Shown here in pieces: positions 6,050 to 14,500 of a stretch of DNA of 16,972 nucleotides; the first letter of the stretch is position 1; each line of letters opens with the position of its first letter. Source of the DNA: a virus (lineage: Duplodnaviria > Heunggongvirae > Uroviricota > Caudoviricetes); IMG/VR virus record IMGVR_UViG_2693429635_000010; one strand, written 5' to 3'. Below the pieces are notes generated by a model. The model was not told the DNA's origin, searched no databases, and worked only from the letters and a program-made list of their open reading frames with translations. The translations under genes and the position numbers were made by a program.

Positions 6050-6154
6050 TCAGTTCCCTAGTCGATCCATCAAAAACACAACCAGGCAGTAAACGCCCAC
6101 AACAGCAACAACAGCCAGCGCACCTTCCATTGCCAGTGATATATCATCCGACAT
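6050..6154 (-). CDS. Small hydrophobic peptide (34 aa, single predicted TM helix), not in the ORF track
   Basis: Hand translation: GGAGGGAAT-ATG then MSDDISLAMEGALAVVAVVGVYCLVVFLMDRLGN-TGA. A diverged homologue sits at the same relative position beside the second hok locus (11159..11248). Confidence 0.35.
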   Translation of the reverse strand: MSDDISLAMEGALAVVAVVGVYCLVVFLMDRLGN

Positions 6155-6269
6155 ATTCCCTCCTTTGGTGTTAATCCCGGCGAACGTTTTTACCCCCACC
6201 GACAAATAACATATACTAAAAAAGCGATAGCCATAGCAACGCCTGTAATTGCAAATGCTTCAGGCCAGT

Positions 6270-7139
6270 TCATTGGCGCACCTCCTGCGGCGGTTCTGGT
6301 AGCGGCATCCAGTGTGACGGTTTCCACGACGCACCAGGAATTATCCACCCATCATTAGCGTCAGGATGACCCGGGATGTAAGTCGCCCATTTCATTCGCC
6401 AGTCACCTTTCCTGTCAAACTCCACGGCAACAAGAACGGCTGTTTTGGTATCCGGCATTCGCTCACTACAGCTTATCCAACTATCCGGAGTTACCGGATA
6501 GTTGCCCGATAGTGCATTCTGCTCCAGTGATGCTTTTACAAACCACGCTGCCTGAACTATAACGCCATGAATCCAGCGCAAATCAGCATCGCGATCTTTC
6601 TTTTTCATCTTTTCGCCACTTAAGGCCTTGCTTATGTGGCTGCGTACCAGGTCTTCATGTAATTCCTTCGCCTCCTCAATGGTGAAACCACCAGGCAGAA
6701 GAGCCGGAGTTACCGGAGAGCTGGTTGACGCTTCCGGGATTTTCCGAAAATTATTGGTTGACGAATCTTTATTTTCCCGAAAGTTTCCGGACTGAAGCAT
6801 GGCTTCGCGGCAATCGTTCCAGCCTGTAGCGTATGCAGCCGCTTTGCTGCTGCCTTCAACTGGCGCATCCTGCCAATACATTTCTTCCGGCACTATCGGC
6901 GCTGGAGGGGCGGCAAATAGATATCCGCCAAAGTCAGGAAGCTCTCTAATGGCCTGTACGAATTTTTGTTTGCCTACGTCAACCCCTAATGGGTAATGAG
7001 CTATAATCTTTGCCACCGGCTCTGCTTCCAGCGATGCCAGCGCAATCCGTGCCAGTTCCATTTGTTCACCACGGGTAAGCCCGTTTTCAACCGGATTTTT
7101 AATGAACAATTCAATACGTTCTTTGGTAATAGTGGTCAT
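6270..7139 (-). CDS. Hypothetical protein with DUF551-like C-terminal domain
   Basis: 289-aa ORF with RBS AAGGAG (7-nt spacer). C-terminus WISCSERMPD...GDWRMKWATY...WMPLPEPP resembles the DUF551 signature of lambdoid prophage accessory proteins. Confidence 0.5.
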   Translation of the reverse strand: MTTITKERIELFIKNPVENGLTRGEQMELARIALASLEAEPVAKIIAHYPLGVDVGKQKFVQAIRELPDFGGYLFAAPPAPIVPEEMYWQDAPVEGSSKAAAYATGWNDCREAMLQSGNFRENKDSSTNNFRKIPEASTSSPVTPALLPGGFTIEEAKELHEDLVRSHISKALSGEKMKKKDRDADLRWIHGVIVQAAWFVKASLEQNALSGNYPVTPDSWISCSERMPDTKTAVLVAVEFDRKGDWRMKWATYIPGHPDANDGWIIPGASWKPSHWMPLPEPPQEVRQ

Positions 7140-7149
7140 GTGTTACTCC

Positions 7150-7413
7150 TTAACCCGCAGTGCTTTCAACTGATGAGGGGAACAAAATCTTTTCATCAAA
7201 CCCTGCATTCATATCATGAACAGCAACACACCAATCCATCGACGAACGATTATCAAGAGCCTCCATGATTTCATCCATGCGGCGTAGGTCATACAGGTAA
7301 ATGCTTTTATCGCCAATGGTGTAAAAGCCAATTTTTTTCGGTGATGGACAGCGATCAAGAACTTCCTGTAATTCGTTTAACCATGCCCGTTCTTTTTTTG
7401 TCAAAGTTGCCAT
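7150..7413 (-). CDS. Hypothetical protein (87 aa)
   Basis: Internal ATG at 7411-7413 of track ORF 7150..7503, with AAGGA 8 nt upstream: MATLTKKERAWLNELQEVLDRCPSPKK... The track's longer start lacks an RBS and would overlap the upstream gene. Confidence 0.5.
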   Translation of the reverse strand: MATLTKKERAWLNELQEVLDRCPSPKKIGFYTIGDKSIYLYDLRRMDEIMEALDNRSSMDWCVAVHDMNAGFDEKILFPSSVESTAG

Positions 7414-7414
7414 A

Positions 7415-7633
7415 TCAGTTTTCCTTATACGGATTAATTTTATTGTGCAGTGTGTTGAACGACGCCCATACAACGTCGGTATACAATTCAGTAACTGGCT
7501 CAATTATTTTCCCGATTGCCCAGACAAAAATTAGAGGGGATATCGGTATCATCAATACGATAAACAGAATGAGAAACAAAAATTCTGTCGACCTACTTTT
7601 TTGCGGATATTCTTTTCTGAATAATGTAGTCAT
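7415..7633 (-). CDS. Hypothetical small membrane protein (72 aa)
   Basis: Track ORF with hydrophobic core FLFLILFIVLMIPISPLIFVWAIG; tightly packed between neighbouring minus-strand genes; RBS weak. Confidence 0.35.
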   Translation of the reverse strand: MTTLFRKEYPQKSRSTEFLFLILFIVLMIPISPLIFVWAIGKIIEPVTELYTDVVWASFNTLHNKINPYKEN

Positions 7634-7665
7634 TTCTTACCGCCCTTTCGGGCGGCCTCCCGACA

Positions 7666-7878
7666 TTAATCGTTGTGGTAACTCATGGCTTCATTTGCAG
7701 CATCAACCGGATCAACCTCCCACCAGCAATAATTTGGTGCGTTTCCTTCAGGTGTCCACGGTTCTAATTCATTTTTTGCCACATTCCCATCGCCAGTAAT
7801 TTTAAAAATCTGCTCAGAGAATTTTCTTGCCCACTCGTTATATTTTTCCGCATTAATGGCTTTCTGTGTATTTAACAT
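7666..7878 (-). CDS. Hypothetical protein (70 aa)
   Basis: Track ORF with RBS GGAGG 8 nt upstream of the ATG. Confidence 0.5.
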   Translation of the reverse strand: MLNTQKAINAEKYNEWARKFSEQIFKITGDGNVAKNELEPWTPEGNAPNYCWWEVDPVDAANEAMSYHND

Positions 7879-7983
7879 AAATATACCTCCAGTTAAGGAT
7901 TAAATTTTATTTACAGTGCTGAACTTAATTATTCAGATTTGGATTATGCTTTCTCTTCACGAAGTTCCGATTGTTAATTTGGC

Positions 7984-8406
7984 TCACAACAGCACCTTCT
8001 GAAAATTACCCTGATAGAAAGCCAGTACACGCTGCATAGCTTCGCTCTTCCGGCACTCGCTACAGATTATGTTCAGACGCCTGTCGTAGCGGCGTATTTC
8101 TCCGTCTGGTAATGACCAGATAAGATCCGGATCAACCACAGATGGTTTCTTCACCTTTGCCCTAGATAGTTTTTTGCGGGCATTTTGCCAGTCCTTACGA
8201 GCCTGTTCAGACGGGAATAACCCGTAACCAGAGTTGTATACATCGCCACTGGCAACCAGCTCTCTGGCGAGAACGCTCATCAGATATCTTGTCGCACCTG
8301 TCCTGGCTTCCAGTTGCCGTAACGTCTCGCGCCCACTCCGGCGTACTAGTTCAACAACCTGCCCTTTAATTTTTTCCCGCTCTTCTTGTGTAAATACTTT
8401 TGCCAT
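7984..8406 (-). CDS. Hypothetical protein (140 aa), paralogue of 15628..16050
   Basis: ATG at 8404-8406 with GGAGG 6 nt upstream (the track's TTG start at 8421 would overlap the RBS): MAKVFTQEEREKIKGQVVELVRRSGRETLRQLEARTGATRYLMSVLARELVASGDVYNSGYGLFPSEQARKDW...; ~90% identical to the right-hand copy. Confidence 0.55.
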   Translation of the reverse strand: MAKVFTQEEREKIKGQVVELVRRSGRETLRQLEARTGATRYLMSVLARELVASGDVYNSGYGLFPSEQARKDWQNARKKLSRAKVKKPSVVDPDLIWSLPDGEIRRYDRRLNIICSECRKSEAMQRVLAFYQGNFQKVLL

Positions 8407-8421
8407 AAGCGCCTCCGGCAA

Positions 8422-9192
8422 TCACTTTTCCGATACAACACGGCGGGAAGAATCAGTAATCTGTCGAACAATATCCCGGTGCTTGTTCAGCTCCCGCAGC
8501 GCGGCGCAGACTCGCTCCCACTTCTGAACATCACTTTTCGCCCTGCGCAGCGCCAGGTTTGCCCTGCGAAGGGACGGAAAAATCAGCTCATCTGCTTGCG
8601 TTTCGGTAAACGATGGCAACGGCTGCACAATGTCCGCCACAGTTTCTGTTTTAATTTCTTCCTGTGTTGCGGCTTCCCGGACTGGTAACGCAGCACCTGC
8701 TGGCTGAGGAAAGGCCTTACCATCACTTTCCGTTACCAGCGCGGCTTTCGGCTCTGCTGGTAAATTATCGCCCGGCATGCAGTAACGAAATTTACCGTTC
8801 TGATTAACGCGTGCCAGCCGCCCCGTTGCGGTTACCACCGCCAGCGTGGAAGCAACCTTGCGAGTACTGACACCGAACTTACCCGCCAGTTCCTCACACG
8901 TTTTAGCCCCATCCTGACCGATAAACTCAATCATCATGTCTGCGGTAACTTTTTGTTCGACCTCCCCGGTCAGCATATCCTGTGCTTCAGATTTTACTGG
9001 CCGCTCTTCGGTTACCCGGGATTCACCTTCGCCAGCCAGAAACCAGGTGTGACCAGTTTTATCAACGACGCCATTTCTTTTGAGTTCCCACAGCTCGTTG
9101 ACAGCCTCTTCACGACTGATTCCAAGGCTGGCCGCCACTACCTGTGAAGAGGCTCTTTTCAGTGCTTTCAGTGCGTCAAATACGGTTTCCAT
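8422..9192 (-). CDS. Hypothetical protein (256 aa) with winged-helix-like N-terminus
   Basis: ATG at 9190-9192 with GGAGG 8 nt upstream (track uses an upstream TTG at 9210). N-terminus METVFDALKALKRASSQVVAASLGISREEAVNELWELKRNGVV suggests a DNA-binding fold. Confidence 0.45.
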   Translation of the reverse strand: METVFDALKALKRASSQVVAASLGISREEAVNELWELKRNGVVDKTGHTWFLAGEGESRVTEERPVKSEAQDMLTGEVEQKVTADMMIEFIGQDGAKTCEELAGKFGVSTRKVASTLAVVTATGRLARVNQNGKFRYCMPGDNLPAEPKAALVTESDGKAFPQPAGAALPVREAATQEEIKTETVADIVQPLPSFTETQADELIFPSLRRANLALRRAKSDVQKWERVCAALRELNKHRDIVRQITDSSRRVVSEK

Positions 9193-9225
9193 TAATATTT
9201 CCTCCGACAAAATCGTTTCTCAGAT

Positions 9226-9888
9226 TCAAATAAAACCAGCTGCCTTCCGGCGTTCGTATTCCTGTTTCAGCCGTTCAATTGGCGTTGGCCCTTGCGGGTG
9301 TTTCGCCCCTTCCAGTTGTCGTCGCACTGGCGGAACACTCATCCCGTTACCAACATGCTTTGCCCATTTCGTCAGTTGCCGTTCCGCAAGTCGTTTTAAC
9401 TCACCCTGCGTCATCTGGCGCTCAATCCCTCTGGTACGCATTTCGAGGCAGATGTGGTACAGCACAGGCTGTGGCCACGGGTATTTATCACTCCCGTCGT
9501 ATCGCCAGGATTCATTGCGCCAGCGCCGGTACTCTTCCATCACTGCATCCACCGTAAGACCAAATGGATTTGCCCCACTCTCCGAAATCAGTGCAACAAA
9601 CTCAGCCAGGTCCGGGGGCCACGTTTCACCCGCCCGGCAGCGGTCCATGCACTGACGGCAGACCAGCCGGATTTGCTGTTCAGTCATCGCGCCAATCTGG
9701 GCAATCCAGAGCTTCGAAGGTGCGGCCCCGTTCTTCTGTGTCCAGCGGTTCGAATACACCTCCCCCATAAGCTCCCACAGCTTCCAGGCCGTTTCCGTTG
9801 CTGATAAATCCGTTGTCACGTTCCCACTGTTCGCGTGCTGCCCGGATTTCCTGAACTGCCCGTGATGCCGTGCCACCTGATGCTGCAT
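9226..9888 (-). CDS. Replication protein P-like (lambda P family, helicase loader)
   Basis: 220-aa ORF with RBS AAGGGGG 5 nt upstream. The blocks TEQQIRLV...TWPPDLAEFVALISE and VDAVMEEYRRW...YPWPQPVLYHICLEM...TQGELKRLAERQL...VPPVRRQL resemble lambda P as I recall it. No O-like gene lies directly upstream. Confidence 0.5.
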   Translation of the reverse strand: MQHQVARHHGQFRKSGQHANSGNVTTDLSATETAWKLWELMGEVYSNRWTQKNGAAPSKLWIAQIGAMTEQQIRLVCRQCMDRCRAGETWPPDLAEFVALISESGANPFGLTVDAVMEEYRRWRNESWRYDGSDKYPWPQPVLYHICLEMRTRGIERQMTQGELKRLAERQLTKWAKHVGNGMSVPPVRRQLEGAKHPQGPTPIERLKQEYERRKAAGFI

Positions 9889-9891
9889 GGC

Positions 9892-10053
9892 TTACCCCCT
9901 TGCTGACTGGTTAGACGGCAGATTACGCATGCTTTTCGGTTCCGGCTCCACCAGTACCCGGGTATTGTGGAATACCGGCATGGATTCACGGCCCGGCTTA
10001 ACGATCACCAGCCCGAGTTCCGGTACCAGAATAGGTCGAAGTAATACCCGCAC
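9892..10053 (-). pseudogene. Truncated 5' fragment of a DUF968-family gene (53 codons), recombination remnant
   Basis: GTG at 10051-10053 opens a frame encoding MRVLLRPILVPELGLVIVKPGRESMPVFHNTRVLVEPEPKSMRNLPS, nearly identical to the N-terminus of the 4154..5200 protein; it then diverges at the repeat boundary (9913/9914) and stops after 7 further codons, just upstream of the P-like gene. Confidence 0.5.
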
Positions 10054-10054
10054 G

Positions 10055-10333
10055 TTACCTCCAGATGCGTTGCTGGAATGTGCGGGACGGACGCGGTGGG
10101 CGTTCGGAGTAAGGAAGCCTGACGGAGATTATCCAGTGACGGTAGTCGAGGCTAAGGGCTTTTTTAACCTCGTATCCGCGCCTGCGGTAACACTGAATTA
10201 TCCATTCAGCCTGCTCTTCAGTGCATGGTGGATGCTGGAACCAGTCCGATTTGAATGCATGAAAACGCCGTCCGCACCTGCTGGCAAAGACGGCAGAATC
10301 ATCAGAATTGTGTAATTTGGTATCGTGCGCCAT
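10055..10333 (-). CDS. Hypothetical nin-region protein (92 aa), paralogue of 5202..5480
   Basis: Internal ATG of track ORF 10055..10444: MAHDTKLHNSDDSAVFASRCGRRFHAFKSDWFQHPPCTEEQAEWIIQCYRRRGYEVKKALSLDYRHWIISVRLPYSERPPRPSRTFQQRIWR. Confidence 0.45.
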   Translation of the reverse strand: MAHDTKLHNSDDSAVFASRCGRRFHAFKSDWFQHPPCTEEQAEWIIQCYRRRGYEVKKALSLDYRHWIISVRLPYSERPPRPSRTFQQRIWR

Positions 10334-10694
10334 CGGTTGTCTCTGCTGGCGCAGCAGGTGCCAGTTGTTCAGGCTGGCGTATAAAGTATAAATAAACTGG
10401 TTCCAGTGTAAAGCCCCTACATTAATGGAATAAAAGTCAAACAACAGATTGTTGGGATAAACACAACGCTTATTATTAAAAGCGATTAGATAAATTAAAT
10501 TTTAATGTTATGCAATTTTACCAGATCACCATAACATCTCGTTTGAAACCACCGAAACAACAACCATATCAATATTGATTATGTTAAAGTGAGTAAATAT
10601 GGAAAACAACAAATCTGCACATTACGCTCCTTTTTTATCTGTGATACTTTTTGTTTTATGCTGTGTGTGGGCATTATTTTTATAAAAATATTTA

Positions 10695-10723
10695 CAGATA
10701 AAATAAACCCGCCGAAGCGGGTT
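10695..10723 (-). terminator. hok mRNA 3' terminator (second copy)
   Basis: Same AACCCGC-UUCG-GCGGGUU hairpin as at 5562-5579, followed on the minus strand by UUUAUUU. Confidence 0.45.
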
Positions 10724-10791
10724 AAGTGCGGGTGCATTGAGGATGCCTGACACATCAGAGGTGGCGAGGGATTTCTCCCTCGCCGGGTCTC

Positions 10792-10947
10792 TTACTCCTC
10801 AGGTTCGTAAGCTGTGAAGACAGCGACCTCCGTCTGGCCGGTTCGGATTCGTACCTCGCAGAGGTCTTTCCTCGTTACCAGTGCCGTCACTATGACGGTT
10901 AAACAGATGACGATCAGGGCGATTAACATCGCCTTTTGCTGCTTCAT
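10792..10947 (-). CDS. hok: Hok-family type I toxin (51 aa), second copy
   Basis: Encodes the same 51-aa protein as 5648..5803, embedded in track ORF 10792..11004. Confidence 0.85.
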   Translation of the reverse strand: MKQQKAMLIALIVICLTVIVTALVTRKDLCEVRIRTGQTEVAVFTAYEPEE

Positions 10948-11136
10948 AGCCTGCTTCTCCTTGCCTTTCGGCACGTAAGAGGCTAACCTAGATTTGCCGT
11001 TCATAGATTGAGCCTCAGATTAATGTTAAGCGTCTTGCAGGACGCGTAATGTTAACTGGGGCTTTTCTCTATCTGCCGTTGGTGTTCATGCCTGAGACAG
11101 ATAGCCTCAAGCACCCGCAGCCATTCTACTTAACTC
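10948..11136. promoter_or_regulatory. hok mRNA leader / expected antisense Sok region (second copy)
   Basis: Near-identical to 5804..5993. Confidence 0.4.
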
Positions 11137-11158
11137 CCGTCACCTCGCCAATATGAAA

Positions 11159-11248
11159 TCAGTCAGAAAGGCGATCCATAAGAACAACAGCAAGGCAATA
11201 AATTGCCATTACAGCAGCAATAGCCAGCGCACATTTGAGAACCAGCAC
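11159..11248 (-). CDS. Small hydrophobic peptide (29 aa), homologue of 6050..6154, not in the ORF track
   Basis: AGGAGG then GTG (5-nt spacer): (M)LVLKCALAIAAVMAIYCLAVVLMDRLSD. Shares the A-rich hydrophobic core and LMDRL C-terminal motif with the copy-A peptide; lies in a different frame from the Cys-rich track ORF 11163..11471. Confidence 0.3.
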   Translation of the reverse strand: MLVLKCALAIAAVMAIYCLAVVLMDRLSD

Positions 11249-11544
11249 CACAACCTCCTGTATTGGACGTACACCAGTCCTGATAAATATGAGGCTGTCT
11301 CGTCAGTGATTCAATACAACTATTGGGTATAGTTTCTGTGATTTTGTTCTGTAGAAATGGAACACAACAACCAGTCACCACCAGCACTTCTTTAAATACG
11401 CCAAGTCCGACGCAAGCTAACCTTCTAGGCCGCTTTGAGCGAAGAGCGGACGCTCGCATCTGTCCCAACACACTGAGGGCTTCACGAACACCTAGGTGTA
11501 CTCGTCAACTGGGAAAAAGTCAGATTATCTGCGTAAGTTTCAGC

Positions 11545-11572
11545 GTAAAAATTGGGCACTATAAAAGTGCCC
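11545..11572 (-). terminator. Rho-independent terminator 3' of the large NTPase gene
   Basis: Minus-strand RNA GGGCAC-UUUUAUA-GUGCCC (6-bp stem) followed by AAUUUUUA, starting ~25 nt after the TAG stop at 11596-11598. Confidence 0.5.
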
Positions 11573-11595
11573 AAACTGTAGAAAAATACATAATG

Positions 11596-14500
11596 CTATG
11601 TATCTGAGCCAAACATAGAGCGCCGCCTTGTTATTTTATAATAAGTGGGATTTTCATTATCCACCTCAAAATCAGAGAAGAAGTGGTTATCTCTTAATGC
11701 TGTTAATAAACTTTGATTAGTTGAATCAACTTCAATTTTAGGTTTGCCTCGCCCCAAAATTTTACTGAACTCCGATAAACCAAGCAGATCAAGATACTCT
11801 TTGCAAGTCGTCTTACTCAAATCCTTACCCGGCAACAAAGCGATTAGCAGTGCTATTTTATTCTGCATATTCAGTCCCTCTGCGACAAACAGGTTTTTTA
11901 GTAACGGTTCAGAAACATCATTAGGACTTGCTATCAATGCTGATATATCCTGTATTGCTCGACTCAAGATGAGCGACTGAGTAGAGGTTCCCCAAGTTTT
12001 ATAAGATGACGTCAAGATTAGAAGTTCATCTGGTTTAAAATTATTTTCTAAAATATAGTCATTAACGACCTGAGAGTAATTCTTACTATAAATAGCCAAC
12101 GGAGTTTTAACAAACTCGAGTAGCTTAACTTTCAAATCATCATCAACTTTCCAAGAAAGTATTGATATAGCCTCATCCAAAATAAAGTTATCAATCGTCA
12201 TTAATTCAACGTATGCCCTGATATTCTTATGAATATAATAGGAAAGTTGCTCTGAATAGTTATCTCGTATGAAATTAAGTGGCGCAACATTCATACGAAT
12301 AATATTTTTATCCACTAATATTTTGAACTTATCACTCGCGATATCACTAGCGCTAAAGGATGTTTTACAAATAATATTTAGTGAGCAAATTAATTTTTCA
12401 TATTTATCATTTGATAAATCATTACAGATAACAATCGATTTAAATAATTTACCTTTAAGCTCGTTATCAATATTAATATTTTGAAAATTCAGGTCTACAT
12501 CAGTTCTATTGATAAATTCGATAAGTGAGTCATCCAGTCCATCAACATGTTCAAAATAAGAGACAATATTTTCCTCAGAGCACACTGCTCTATCTTTATC
12601 CAACAAAGATGACCATAAAGATTCGCTCTCAACCTCACTCAGAGATGTCACGAAAGTTTGCAAAGCGTTTATATACTGGCCTTTTTGTTCATCAGATATT
12701 CCCTCATTATTAAGAACGGATAAAACAATGGATTCATCATCCACGATTGAACCATCACAACTAGATAAAACCATATCCAGATAGTCCCTAATATGGTTAT
12801 TAACATAACTAGCCAAGGGAGAATCAGGTTGTGACATCACTAGTGTATAGTTCTTATGGCGAATATCATCTTCACTATTAAGCGTGTAAACCTTACTCAG
12901 CATTAAGGTCAGGTTGGAAAAATTAATATCATAAAGTGAATGCTGGTAAACCGCATCAAAGAGTACTTTATTTGCGTTTTCAAATTTAATACTGACAAAA
13001 GAGACGTTAAGCAACTTAAAACCACTAATTAATTTGTCAACCTTTGGTTCTGATATTGCTAAATAACCTGCCGAATCAGAGATGTAATCAGTCAGACAAT
13101 CATCAATATTAATGGCCTCGATGGCGTCATTGGCAGAATAATAAAACGTGCCTATAGAGTAGAGTTTAACCCAATCAGCAGAAAATTCACTCTCTGTCAG
13201 CGCATAAGAAAAAAACTCAGGCCACTGTGTATTTAATCGATTAATGAAGACAGGCTGAGCCCTCTCAGTTTCAAAGTAACCACGAATAAACTCAACTCTT
13301 CTATCTTTTCTTAGTTGTTTGAATAAACGTTTTATTAAGTTTACCAGGGCTGGCGTTTGAAGCAGATAAGCTAATAAATCAAAATTAAGCGCCTCTTCCT
13401 GTTCAAAATCCACTTCTCGAAGGCGGGCAACGACCAGCTTGGGGTTCTTGAGTTGATAAGTGAACTCTTTGCCTTTTTGATCGGTAATGCTGCGTAAAAA
13501 CATCTTATCAATTCGACTCAGGCTATTTTCATAAAAATAGGTCATATAGTCGGTATAGGTTTCATCAATATAACCATCACGAATAAGGTATTTAAGCAAG
13601 TCAAAATACTCACTGCTTTTTATTTCATTAAAGTCTCTTTCCTCTCCAATTTCATTGGTATAGGTGAGTTTAAATATTTCATCAATGTTTTCTCTAGTTA
13701 TTACTTCTTTAAGTCTTTTGTTTCTAGAATCAACCAAACTTTCTCTTGATCTTGATATAAGCTCATTAATTTCTTCTATTTTACCATTAAATTTATTTTC
13801 AACACTTTCTTTTCTAGCCGCCCTTCTCTTTGCTATATCAGCTTTCTCAGCCTGATTATAGTGAGGATGATTATTATATCTAGATAATTCCTTATCGTAT
13901 ATAGCATCAACCTCCTGACTAGAGTTGAGTATTTCATCATTGATTGCCTCAATCTCTTTTTTTCTATCTCTAATATCTTTTTCTATTTTCTTTATTTCTT
14001 CAATAATAAGGTTGTCTTTTTCACTAAATATGGTATAAACCATACCTTGATTAAGTTGCAACTCACTAAAATCTCTTGGGAAAATATTCTTATAGGCAAT
14101 AATGGCCAACATTTTATTACAGTCAAGTTCTGTCGTGTTTAATTTGTTATAATAAATTTGAAATTCGTTATAAATATTCTTCAATATTCTCATATCATCA
14201 ATATATAAAGACATCCCTTGTAGAAATCTTTCATTGAACAACTTGAGAATACCACCACCATCAAAATGTGTGATAAACTGATCGTAAGAGTTAGAACTAT
14301 CAACAACAGGAATAACTGGAATGATATAATCAAAGAATTTGGTTCTATCCTTCGAAATGAAGATATCATCACGAAGCAAGTAAATAAAACGTAACGTCGA
14401 TTTCTTGTGCCCTGCTGTGTCCCGTTGAATATTAACCAGTCTGTTAACCTCATGAAGACGTTCAAAGATGTTATTACTATTAAAACGGTCCATGTCTTCA

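Larger units (their letters stand above)
9914..11136. repeat. Direct repeat copy B (~1.22 kb), includes a ~329-bp AT-rich insertion (10377-10705) absent from copy A
   Basis: Aligned by eye to 5061..5993; the hok protein is identical and the 92-aa protein ~80% identical. Confidence 0.7.

Noticed and set aside
7341-7799. Plus-strand 152-aa ORF
   Set aside because: Antisense across three tightly packed minus-strand genes that have good RBSs; no independent support.
9080-9655. Plus-strand ORFs 9080..9655, 9279..9557, 9454..9804, 9564..9770
   Set aside because: All lie antisense within the P-like and 256-aa genes; Ser/Arg/Pro-rich translations typical of non-coding frames in GC-balanced DNA.
11163-11471. 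102-aa minus-strand ORF with an extreme Cys/Gly-rich C-terminus (CCCNGNLLPCCC)
   Set aside because: Its 3' part is the small-peptide gene region read in a different frame; the composition is implausible for a protein and there is no RBS at its start. Treated as an artefact.
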